A DNA stretch of 62,693 nt, counting the filler, from Collodictyon triciliatum (taxonomy: Eukaryota): assembly GCA_043381765.1 (NCBI GenBank). It is 9 parts of 9 records of this genome, joined end to end, with 100 filler letters (N's around TTAATTAATTAA, not from the genome) between each part and the next. Parts side by side here need not be neighbours in the genome. Positions count along the whole stretch, not along the records: positions 15,235 to 21,392 come from JBHJMP010003860.1; positions 21,493 to 28,998 come from JBHJMP010003862.1; 7 more parts are not named here. One strand, written 5' to 3'. The number at the start of each line of letters is the position of its first letter. The stretch's first letter is position 1. Both the position numbers and the translations under genes were made by a program. Below, in pieces: positions 15,832-27,292 of this stretch. A model generated the notes under the pieces. It had not been told where the DNA came from. It did not search any database and was given only the letters and a program-made list of their open reading frames with translations.

Positions 15832-18800
15832 GTTATTGTTATTGTTATTGCTGTTCTCATCGTAATCATTATCATCATTGGTTTTGTACGTCATTTTATC
15901 TGTCTATTCAACTATATAGTTGTTAACCAGCTGACTAATCAACTTGTCGAATAACATATTTCAATTCTCACTTGTTTTCTTATCTGATATGCTAAAAGAT
16001 GTTTTTCCTTCCCGACGAAATTGGATATCTGACGCAATTAACAGCCATCCAAGTCCAAGCTAACGATGTATATGGCATTATCAAATATTGATATTATGTT
16101 TCTCACATGTATCATCCACGCGAATATACACTTTCTACACAACCCATTTTTCTCTTTATTCGATTCATAATTTTACCTAAAAAAATTAGTTAGAGGGGCT
16201 TCCAGAAACAATCTCGCTAATCATCAATCTCCGTATAATGGATTTAAGCCGTAATCGGGTTTGCGATATACTTATCTGTGGACCTACAAACGCATATATT
16301 AATTTCAATATCGTTTATTTATCTTCATTTACTTTTCAGCTTTACGGTCTTCATGACGAATATAGTGCTCTGAAAAACCTCGTAGGGCTTAATATAAGTG
16401 GTAATCGAGTACGTTCCTACTTTATGATGGCTGCAGAAAATACACATATCTTTTTTAACATAAGCATTTCGAAAACGGTGTACTACTCGTAAAACAGAGG
16501 AATGCGTCATTAACAATTCTTTTTTTATTCTATCTTGTGTCACTAATTTGACATCTATATCGATTGATAATTTTTTTTATGAGATCAGATGGAATATTTT
16601 CCAGAATGTGTCCTCAATATGCCAAATTTGCTTTCACTCGATGTTTCTCGAAATATGGTTGGTGCTCTTTTATGTTCTCATTTTGTACGTCTTTAGTGAT
16701 TTTGCTATGGGAAAATATGATGTTGTCTTGCTATTGTTAAGTGAACACGATATTATAATAGAGAAGCAGAAAATGCGATCGTTGTTAATATATTTAGCTA
16801 TCGTATCAGATTAGTTATCGAGGAGAGAAGTTGTCCACTCTTACCGCTTTAACTATGTTCAATATAGGGTCCAATTATGGAAATGTGTGTTTTTCCTTTT
16901 CTCTTGTTTTATTTTATTTTTACATTTTCTAGAAAAGGTAGTTGGATTTCATATATGTTCTTTTGGATACAAGTTTCATTATAATTTATTAATCAAGTTT
17001 TTTTTGTTGAAATACCGATGTAAAATTATCTTCATATGTACAAAATATTATAGATTGATATGTTCATTCATTATGTATCTACTTTAACAAACATGAAAGT
17101 CTTAAATATCGGTGGAAATCAGGTCAAATTACCACCTTTAATTGTAATGAACAAAACATCGACTTTTATGTCATCTTGTCGATATGCCACTCATTTAACA
17201 CAATCTAAAAAAAATTTGGGGAAAATAAAAGCTTCAATCGATGACTTATCGGATGGCTGCTCTCTGCTATATTGAATATATTAACGTTCAATCGTGCGAG
17301 GTAGCAGTTTTATCTTCATCAAACTCTGTATTATTGCAGTTCAATAGGCCTTAACCTAAATTGCACCTTTTCCTATAATTTTTTTAAGCTCTCCAGCATT
17401 CCAGACTTTATCTTCGACATGGAAAGTCTTGAGAAATTGGATATATCAGACAACATGGTTAGTCACAATCATTATAAATCGTGTATTTATAAGCCATCAT
17501 TTCAAAGGAAGAAAATTAAGTGTTGAATGTCAGGACACAATTTTATGGAGAAATGGAAACTTACACGATTGGACTTTGTTCATATTGAATCATTCAAAAT
17601 AGATTTTTACTTAATTTTTCCTCTATTTCTTCTTCTAAATCATTTAAGATACATAATATCGACAGCCGATTATGTAAACTTACAAAACTTCGAGTAATAA
17701 ATGCATCATATAATCAGGTTTCTAACTTAATCGTGTCAATGCACGCACTATTAAATTCGATCATCATATAAAAATAAATAAATATCTAGAAATTAAGAAA
17801 GATAAAGGAACGAGAAATATCAGAAAAATTGATGAATTATAGATGGTTGAAGTTCCCACCATGCTCAGCAATTTGCACCATCTTAGTGCCTTAGACCTAT
17901 CATACAATAAGGTTACCATATTGCCATTATCATTTTTTATTTTATTTCAATTATTAATATAATTTTATTCAAAAATATTTTATGAAAAGAAAAGAAGCTC
18001 AATGGAGTATTTTCAAGATGTTGTCACTCATCCTTCTATCCAATTATTTATTCATGCATAATTGAATTTTGTTAAAAATAGATTTTATCCACTGCGTCAC
18101 ACAACATATCTATATGAATAGCTTGCTTCGGTCGGTGGTTTGTCTGAATTGAAGGGTATTTCTGACATCAATCTCGCAGGGAACCAGGTTTCAAATGCTG
18201 TGCTATATATAATTCATCGCACATTTGCATCTGTACATATTTCATGATGACAATCGAAACGGCTCCAAATTCCTTTAGATTAATAGCTGTGAATATCTGG
18301 CTGGCCTCACCAGAATGAATTCTATCAATCTAAATTCCCTTAAGGCACATTCAATTATTTTATATATACGTTTATTGCAAGATACATAAACATACTTGTT
18401 TTCTGCTGTCAATATATATTTGAAGGGTATATGATATATCCCTCCTTTTTTTTTTTTTAATAGTTGCAAAAAAACTATGGGTGGTTGGTCCATTTACTTC
18501 ACGTGTACACACTTAAACTTAGGGATATATCGGTGCAAATATAACCTCAAGATATCTTCATGCCATTTTACTATTCAATTTTGATCAAAAATTAACAGAT
18601 GATGGATTTTCTTTTGACTTTAGGTAACCGAGTTTCCTCTCCATATTATGAACATGATACTGCTTCAGCACCTTGATTTATCTGAAAACCATGTTCGTTT
18701 TTTTTTTGAAGGAAGTTGTAAATGAAATTGTGTCTCTTAATTTACATACTTTCGATATGCTATCTATTTTCTGACAAAATATTTATCTATGTCTCAGCAA

Positions 18801-20943
18801 GTTGAGATGACACTGATCGACATTTTCATAGATAAGTTATATTCCCAGTGAGATAGGGAGAGTCACTAATCTCACTTTCCTATCATTGAAAAGAAATCAG
18901 GTTCTAAAATATTCCAAGGCAGAACGCATCCCTTCTTTAACTAGAATTTCTGAAGAAAAAATTATATATATTCAAATCTATTCAAGTTTGCAGGTTAAAA
19001 ATGGGGCACTTTCGAAATGTTAAAAAAATAAAATAAAATAAAATAAATATGATATATCAAAGATCAGTGGAGTACCAGAAAGCACTTCAGAACTGAGACT
19101 TCTTCAGACTTTTAATATGTCGAATAACGAGGTTTTGATTTATTAAATTATAGTTCGTTATCTTAATAAATTATAATCTATACTTTTTTTAAAAAAAAAT
19201 AATGTTCTCAACTCATTCATTATCCATAGATTGAAAAATTGCCGCATGATATCATTCTTTTGACTAGTTTGCAGAAATTAAGCTTTGCTTACAATAAAGT
19301 ATACATGTTACAAAAGTTTTCTTCTTTTATCAACAAGCAATAATTGTTTGGAAACCATTTAGAAATTAAGAGTTTTAAGAGCATTCATTATTAACAAGAA
19401 ACATCTAGATATCTGAACTACCAGCTGGATTTTCTCGTCTTACAAAACTGACGAAACTCAGGTTCCTCGAGAACAGGGTAAAATATTAACAACAAATAAG
19501 TGTATCGTTTTTCCAGCAATAATACAAAGGCTAAATTGAATCTATTTAAGTGGATAATAATTCATTTCATGATTAAACTGATACAATTTTACTATGTACA
19601 TCTGTTTTATTTGTCCAAAGAAATCCGATAAAATTCGTGATTTTTTTTTATTATTAAAACATTAAAAAAAATTTTGGTTTATTTTAAATACTCTATTCAG
19701 AGAATGAATTTTTTTATAATATTTTTCGATCAGTCTCAGATGAAATATAGTGTTTAATTTGCATGCATCATTCCATAGTTTACAGTCATACCAGAGGATG
19801 TGTTTCGCATGCCCAACCTGCACCTTTTCCTATTCTGGTCTGAACATATGCACCCTTGCCACGAAGAAATCGCAAATGCGCACATATACAATTACGACTC
19901 GTTCAGTTTACGGGATACAAGCCTCTCGTTCATCCCGACGTCGATCAGTCATCTAACTTCAGTTAACAGCATTCATATCAAATGCCCTCAGGTTGATGGC
20001 CTCCGTTTTCACATTAGCATTAAACATTCGATTAATGAACCCACTTTGTGATTCTTCGCCTCGCACAACCCATCCACGCTTCATTCCTGAGGAGTTTGTA
20101 ATCTAGGTTGCCACAATCCCGCAGGAGATGGTCAATCTGAGCAACCTTCAATGCCTCAATATATCCCACTGTCAAGTGAGAAAAAAACAGCCAGATATGA
20201 ATTTGTGATTGTGTTAGACTTCTCAGCTCATTCTTAATACCATTATGTAGATGACCTATGTGCCATGTTTTCTATGGACGTTGAGTGCATTGACGAAGCT
20301 TTCTCTTACGCGCAACAAGATTATCAAAATTGAGTTCCCGCCTGATATACCACAAGAAGCACAGCACTTACGTAGGACAGTAGGCGCCAGTCTTCAAATT
20401 CTGTACCTGGATAAAAACAGAATCACTAAAATCCCACATCAAATGCGACACCTACACAAACTCACATACCTGTCCTTTGGTGGGAACCCAATTACACATG
20501 CATCCAGCTCTCTGCACCTTCTCCCGGCTCTTCAAATCCTTTCTATTCATGACCTACGCACCAGACGCAAACAATCCTCACTCTTTGGAGATTCTACCCA
20601 AGGACTGGCTCCTCATGAGGGCACTTATGCTGGCGAAGACGAGAACGACGAAGATGAGAACGACGAAGATATTGAGAATTATGAATACAGTGACTGGGAC
20701 CCAGCGGCCATAGACTTTCAGGAAGACATTGGTGACGGTGTGGTTACCAACACATATCACATCCACAATGGGAAGCGAACACCGAGTCTGGAATGTGAGA
20801 GACATACTTCCGAAACTCAAGGAGCAGGACTTCCGATTTTTGTTCCGATATTGAGCGGATTGTTTCTCTCTGGATGGAGCCATCTGCGCCATCTACAAAT
20901 ACGCGGCCTTGACAGAGAAACCCTTCCGGATTCCTTTGCATAA
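15547..20943 (+). CDS. Leucine-rich repeat protein (more than 20 LRRs, no other recognisable domain), 22 exons
   Basis: Repeated LxxLPxxIxxLxxLxxLxLxxN units. Exons: 15547-15711, 15999-16067, 16190-16258, 16340-16408, 16589-16657, 16810-16884, 17054-17122, 17232-17300, 17389-17457, 17649-17717, 17843-17911, 18122-18187, 18279-18344, 18464-18532, 18624-18692, 18832-18900, 19063-19131, 19230-19298, 19409-19477, 19779-19991, 20107-20175, 20251-20943. Confidence 0.9.
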
Positions 20944-21610
20944 TACCTTGCGGCTATGACTTTACAACTATGCTGTTTGAAAGGACTTATTGAGAATGAA
21001 ATAAATCTCCAGACTTTAAGATATTCGTTTATGCACCTTTATATATATACATATATATCGGCCCCGTGATTATTATTTTTTTGTTTATTTTTTTTTTTTT
21101 GAAGGCGCTTCATTGGAATCCCCCTGTCAGATTATTTTATCATTTACTTCTGCACGCAGTTTATCTACAAATCTGTCGCTATTAGAAGCGGTTTACTCCT
21201 GGCACGATGTGTAAGCCACAAGAATTTTCCATCGCCACCTGCCAACGACAAGAAGAGCCGATACGAGCATAAAAAAAAAAAGCAATCGGTGTTTCCCAAC
21301 AAAAAAAAAAAAAAAAAAAAATCAACTTTTTTTTAATTTTTTTGAATTTAAATTAATTTTTTTTTTTTTTTTTTTTTATTTTAAAAAAAAAANNNNNNNN
21401 NNNNNNNNNNNNNNNNNNNNNNNNNNNNNNNNNNNNTTAATTAATTAANNNNNNNNNNNNNNNNNNNNNNNNNNNNNNNNNNNNNNNNNNNNACAAACAA
21501 ACAAACAAACAAACAAACAAACAAACAAACAAACAAACAAACAAACAAACAAACAAACAAACAAACAAACAAACAAACAAACAAACAAACAAATGAATGA
21601 ATGAATAGAG

Positions 21611-21670
<60 letters not shown>

Positions 21671-21984
21671 AAGTAAGGGGTAAGGTAACCCAAACTGTTT
21701 ATACTTTTTTCCATTTATTAGCTCCCCTTTTCCTTTCATTTAAGCGTTGCATTTGGTTTAGTTTCTCGCCATAAAAAAAAGTTTTTTTTTTGAATACTGA
21801 AATAATGATTTTATTTATATCCCCCATCTTCATCCGATTCAAGGTTCCGTGGGTCAAACTGTGCAACGGGTGAGTAAAGAATGCATGAAAGAGAGCAAAC
21901 GGAGAAAAGAGAGAGACAATCGGAAAGAAAGCACCACCGAAAAGAAGTCATGATACCGAAATGATGAATATTCATTTGCTATTT

Positions 21985-22175
21985 TTTTCTCTCCCTTTAT
22001 TCGATTCAAAGTGCAGCGAGGTTATGCCATACAAAGGGGCGAGATAGGTGCGCATGGTAGAGAGCAAACGCGAGTAAGAGAAGACACTACTGTCAAGAAA
22101 CCAGCACTGAAAATGAATCAGTGATAGCGAGTTTGTCATGAGGGCGACCCAACTGGTTGATTGGTTGTGTGGGCA
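21985..22175 (-). mobile_element. 5'-truncated LINE copy or LINE-tailed SINE (~190 bp) with an 18-bp target-site duplication
   Basis: The reverse complement aligns to the LINE 3' end at about 30311-30488 (CAACCAATCAACCAGTTGGG ... TTTGTATGGCATAACCTCGCwGCACTTTGAATCGAATAAAGGG). It is flanked by AATATTCATTTGCTATTT (21967-21984) and AATATTCGTTTGCTATTT (22176-22193). Confidence 0.88.
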
Positions 22176-22299
22176 AATATTCGTTTGCTATTTAGTATGG
22201 TGTTTTTTCATGGCATATCTTTCCTTCTTACCTTCTTTTTTTAAAAAAAATTGTCATTTTCAAGAGTTCTGTCATATTCTTTGTTGGAAATTGAAATTA

Positions 22300-23864
22300 T
22301 TAATTAACAAATGAGCCTAAGCTCTTGATTAAATGCGGACATCGTGTCCCACAGTCTTTGTAGTCCTATGGATTAATTGCGGCAATAAAAAAATGCATTT
22401 GAGCGTTTAATATTTAAAGCGTTGAATTATTAAACCTGTTTTGATAGTTTCCCGTCCCTATCTCTGTCAGCCTCTTCGAAAAACACTTCAACAAAAGACT
22501 GTGGGGATGTGAATTCAGTCCCATCTTGTAATGAGATCTACTTTGTAGTATCAAATAAGGCTACTTAACAAATTATAAAAATTGAACGTGTTTTGATTTT
22601 CTGTACATCAGTTAAGAAAAAATAGGAATACATCAACTCATATATGAAAGAAAGAGATGAAAAAAAAATTGACGATGGGGTGGAAAAGGAGTTTGAAGAA
22701 AGAACCTTTCCTCTAACAGCTCCAAAAAAGGACCTTGCCACCTTGGCCATCTCCTCTCTTGTGATGAATCCATCTCCATCAAGATCAAACATGTGAAATG
22801 AAACTATGCCAGATATTTAAATATAGTCCATTGTAATATCATATGGATAGATATAAATGCGGGTGTTGGCGTTCTCTTCCAATTACTCTATTTGCAATGA
22901 AGTACTGACAGTCCAGTTTCTCGGAAAAAGTGCCTCGTATCATTATCGACATTGAAGATAAAAATTCTTTAAAATATATCTTCCCATCCTTGTTACTATC
23001 AAATGCTTGAAACAACTACAAAATAATAAGAATAATAAGAATAATAAGAATAATGATGATGATGATAATGATAATGATGATAATGATGATAATGATGATA
23101 ATGATTATAATGATTATAATGAGAATGAGAATGAGAATGAGAATGAGAATGAGAATGATAATGAGAATGAGAATGAGAATGATAACAATAAATTGGAATC
23201 ATAATAATTATGATGTTGATGATACTCGTTATTCGCTTTTTGAAATTAGATAACATGAAATGTGTCAGTGTTTATAAGACTTTCATACCATATCGATGAT
23301 AAATTTGTCCTTCACATTAATAGATTCCATGACCTTTATAAACTCATTTTTCCTTAAGATTCCCTTTGGATGATTTGGATAATTTTACCAAAAAAAAAAA
23401 AAGCAATATAATGATAGATATTGTGATTATATGTATATATAAAGGTGTAGACAAATACAATCCTTCTTGAATTTTAAAAAAGCATAATTGAATGCATTTG
23501 AGTGTAAGTCAGCCTTTCTAAGTTTTATAGATCCACTATGAAATTATTTTTTTATAAAAAAAATAATGGTATTGACATGTTTGATTTGCATTTGAGTTAT
23601 GACCTAAAATGATATGTAGGTCAAAGGAGTATACTCTGACTCGTTTACCTTTGGCGATTGCTGAAGAAATCTTCTGTACATCTCTTTGACTTCGGCTCCA
23701 TCGACTGTTTATGTCGTAATTGTTTGAGTTTCATAGGGTGAGAAAGAAATATGAAAAAAAAAAAGTCTGGAAAGGGAACTTATAAATATGGGAAACCCAC
23801 AATGTGTGCCTTGCTGGAGACCTTGTAGCTCGTTATCATTCAAGACTGATACAGAGCTACCCAT
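22300..23864 (-). CDS. Myristoylated EF-hand calcium sensor, NCS-1/frequenin or calcineurin B-like, 7 exons
   Basis: MGSSVS (MGxxxS myristoylation motif), THFDGAEVKEMYRRF, LFQAFDSNKDGKIYFKEF, IRGTFSEKLD, FHMFDLDGDGFITREE and FEEADRDRDGKLS. TAA at 22300-22302. Confidence 0.9.
23021..23185. repeat. Compound AAT/AATGAT/AATGAG microsatellite in an intron of the EF-hand gene
   Basis: Direct inspection. Confidence 0.9.
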
Positions 23865-24367
23865 GGCTAGTTATTTGGATGATGTGTGTGATCTTTTTTT
23901 GCCTTATCCTTCTCCCGCCCTTTTTTATTAATATTATTATTATTATTTTTATGAGTGTGTCTTTGTTTTTGAGTAGAATAAGAGGAAGAAGGAGAGGGGA
24001 ATGGGAAAACCAAGTGGCGCTATCCTTGTGATCACACCCGACAGAAATGACAGTTGGGGCAGATAATAGAGCACACGCACGAACAGAGGGCGAGAGCAGC
24101 AAACTGGATAAAAGGAAGGACCAGAGCCACAAACACGCCAGGAGAGCGGCCGAGACTACAGAAAATAAGAGGGAGCACCAAGCGTGTGACACCCGCCACT
24201 GCCAAAGGAGCCTCCACAGCAAGGGCCTTCTTTATCTGTACATCACACGCGTGTCCGCCAGGGGAGCGGGGGAGTCTGCCCGGCGAGAACCCGCCCCAGC
24301 CAAGGGCGCAACCTGCCATCTCCAGCGCTGCGCATGCCAAATCGCCGTCCCAAGCACACCCGAGAGA

Positions 24368-24474
24368 AAAAGAGAGATGGAAGGAGAGATGGAAAGAGAG
24401 AGATGGAAAGAGAGATGGAAAGAGAGATGGAAAGAGAGATGGAAAGAGAGATGGAAAGAGAGATGGAAAGAGAT
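24368..24474. repeat. (GAAAGAGAGATG)n 12-bp tandem repeat just 3' of the GC-rich ORF
   Basis: Direct inspection. Confidence 0.9.
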
Positions 24475-24506
24475 ATATATGTCGGGCGAGCCACGGGCCA
24501 CGCGCC

Positions 24507-25592
24507 CTAAGGGACGTGCGCGCGGGAGAAGAGCTGGGCGCGGAGGGCGAGGCCGTTGGCGGCGGTGCAGGAGATGCCCTTGTTGAGGAGGTGGGCGGGG
24601 GCGTCGTAGCGGCGGTAGTCGATTTCGCTGAAGAAGGGCGCAGGGGTTGGGTGCGGAGACCAGCGCACGTGGAGGCCGGCAAAGGCGGCGGGGGAGGCGG
24701 CCCAGTGGGACCAGTGCGCAGCCTGCAGCAGGCCACGGCGACGCAGCTGGTCCGCGTGGTTGCCGCCCCCGTGGGCCGCCGCCTGCATGACGAGGCAGTG
24801 GATCCCGGGCCGCGCAGACCGCAGCAGCCGCACGCCGGGGCCGCCATCCAGCAGGACGACGCCGCCTGCCCGCTCGGCCGCCCGCCCGCCTGCCGCGCAC
24901 AGCGCCTGGGCCACCGCGTCGCCGTCTGCCGCGTCCGCCCCGCACGAGAGGACGACCTCGCCCAGCACGCCGGGGCCGGCCGCGTCCGCCAGCGCCGATG
25001 CCACGCGCACGTTCGCCTCCGCGTCTGCCTCCGCGTCCGCCCCCGCCGGGACCCGTGCCAGGACGACAAACGGCCGGTGCCGGGGCGACGGGGCGTGCCA
25101 GGCGAGCGCATCGGCCGGGCGGTGCGACGAGGCGCGGCCCCCCGTGTGCAGCACAAAGGCGTGCGTCGCGTGGCGTGGGCGCAGCTGCCGCACCAGCGCC
25201 TCCGGGCCCTCCAGCGCCTGCCACCGCCACCCCGCCCCGCACGCAGCCGCAAGCGCCTCCGCAGCCCCGTCCGTCACCAGCCGCACCCCGACAAAGCCCG
25301 CCGCAGCCCCCGCCTCGCCCCGCCCCGCACTCTGCTCCTCCAGCCACACCAGCCGCCCCGCACCCCGCAGCTCCTGCCACAGCAGCCCCTCCTCCGCCCC
25401 GTCCTCGCACCGGCCCCCCCGGCACCCGGTCGCCTCCAGCAGCCGCTCCCACAGCTCCGGCCCCGTCAGGCCCCTCCCCTGCCCCTTCCCTTTCCCTGCT
25501 GCCGGGGGTCTGTAGTGTCCGTACACGCGGTCCAGCCAGATCAGTCCGCGGCTGAGCAGCGGCTGCGCTCCCTTTGGTGTCCGCCCCAGCAT
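24507..25592 (-). CDS. Intronless GC-rich hypothetical protein (361 aa), possibly a degenerate alpha/beta-hydrolase fold
   Basis: The ATG-to-TAG ORF coincides with the core of the GC island and has strongly G/C-biased third positions. The translation looks globular (FVLHTGG, PFVVLARVP, AERAGGVVLLDGGP), unlike the overlapping Arg/Pro/Gly-rich frames. Confidence 0.6.
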   Translation of the reverse strand: MLGRTPKGAQPLLSRGLIWLDRVYGHYRPPAAGKGKGQGRGLTGPELWERLLEATGCRGGRCEDGAEEGLLWQELRGAGRLVWLEEQSAGRGEAGAAAGFVGVRLVTDGAAEALAAACGAGWRWQALEGPEALVRQLRPRHATHAFVLHTGGRASSHRPADALAWHAPSPRHRPFVVLARVPAGADAEADAEANVRVASALADAAGPGVLGEVVLSCGADAADGDAVAQALCAAGGRAAERAGGVVLLDGGPGVRLLRSARPGIHCLVMQAAAHGGGNHADQLRRRGLLQAAHWSHWAASPAAFAGLHVRWSPHPTPAPFFSEIDYRRYDAPAHLLNKGISCTAANGLALRAQLFSRAHVP

Positions 25593-25599
25593 TGCCTCG

Positions 25600-25686
25600 C
25601 TTTCTTGGCTTTCTTGGCTTTCTTGGCTTTCTTGGCTTTCTTGGCTTTCTTGGCTTACTTGGCTTCTTTGATTTCTTTGATTTCTT
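25600..25686. repeat. (TTTCTTGGC)n 9-bp tandem repeat just 5' of the GC-rich ORF
   Basis: Direct inspection. Confidence 0.9.
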
Positions 25687-27292
25687 TTCCTTGGTTGGTG
25701 TAGTTTTCCTCCCTACAGGGAGGGTACGGGCGTGTGATTCGGTGGGGCGATGTGGGGCGGTTGATCCGCTTAGTGTCTGTGAAGGAGAGATGTTACCTCA
25801 AGTGTGATACGTTGGAGAGAAAGGGAGGCTTTATATTTATGGCTCTCGTCTGGGGGTGTTTCGGCGAGGGGAAGCTGGTGACGACCAGGTGCTGGACTTC
25901 GGTGTGCTTCTGACTACAGAACTCTACACTGTAACGCTGGCTGCTTCGTTTTGGTTCTGCATTTTCTTGTCCATTACATAATACGGTACAATTACATTCA
26001 CCAATTCACACATTCATATATATTTCATTAAGCATCAAAAGTAATGTATATTTATATCGTTTTAGTGGCATATTACATTCATTTTTGTATATATATATTA
26101 TATTCCAAAAAAAGTGATCTGAATCATCACAGACGACACCACTGATTCATTATTCGCAATAGCACCTTTTTTTTTTGAATTTCGAAGCTCCCATAGCATT
26201 ACAGAGGTGCCACATTCAAAATGATCACGCCAGGAGAATCGAAGCCCGTTCAAACGCAAACTCATCAAAGCCATCCATTCTCTGCAACTCATTGCGCTTT
26301 AGTCTGGCTAATAAAAAAGCCGCCTCGATCGTTCTTGAACTCCTTGAAAGCTTAGGCTGGGCCGATGGAGTCCCCTAGTCCGCCATCATTTTTTTTCACT
26401 CCTTTTCATTTTTCTATTTATTTCACTTGTTTTTTTGCTTTTGCTTTTGTTTCTATTCTTGCCTCTACACATATATTGCCATTATTGTTCTATATGACCC
26501 AGTTCCCTTTGCTGGCATTTTCACAAACTCTTCCCACCTCGTGTGCTCAAAAAATTAGAAGTGGAAAAAGAGGAGACCACCCAGAATCCTCGGGTTGTGT
26601 GGTGATTGATGAAAACAAAAGAAAAGAAAAGCAATTTCTTTTTTTTTTTGAACACCGTTCTTTCTCTTTGCAGTGTGAAAGGGTTAAAAAAAAAAAAAAC
26701 CTCGAGGCGTTCTTTCCTCTTTTTTTCTTTTGCTTGTTTCCATCTTCCTCGTGCTCTCCTCGCGGGTGGTTCCAAACTACATATCACAAATTTAGTAGCC
26801 TTAGATCAAAAAATCATACGTACATTCACATCTTCCCCACCTGGCACCCATCCCACCTTCAAATTAATTCTTCACATGAATCTTTTCATACCCATCCTTT
26901 CTCATATTATTTATTTATTTTTTCAACTGGAGTAATATTGTATATTTAGTTACTGATTAATTACACTTTACAGGCTGTGCTCAGTCGCAGGAACAATTTA
27001 AAAAAATTATTTTTTTTTTTTTATTCATTCCCAGCTGTAGCTAGACCCTGGAGGTCTTCTGTTCATAGACGAAGACAACATCAACAACAGGAACAATAGC
27101 AGTGGCAGCAACAGCAGCAACAGCCACAACCACATCAGTCCCTCTTACAGCTTTTCTTTTCAGCCAAAGTTTTTTTTTGTTTGCTTGTTTGTTTTCCCTT
27201 TCTCTCTGTCAAACTTATCTCTGTTTACCCCATCTCCACTTTTCCTGGTCTTCTCAAGTAGTTGTTAACAGTTGCTCAACAGTTCACTTCGG

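Noticed and set aside
21830..22130. Apparent small exons of a plus-strand gene
   Set aside because: Most of this stretch is explained by the reverse-strand retrocopy, and no coherent protein results.
24880..24965. VVLSCGADA resembling class I HDAC VVLQCGADS
   Set aside because: No HH, DxHH or GGGY catalytic motifs elsewhere in the ORF, so it is probably coincidental.
24032..25703. Several long overlapping ORFs (406, 549, 406, 251 and 185 aa)
   Set aside because: Stop-poor shadow frames of very GC-rich DNA and tandem repeats. Only 24507-25592 on the minus strand looks protein-like.
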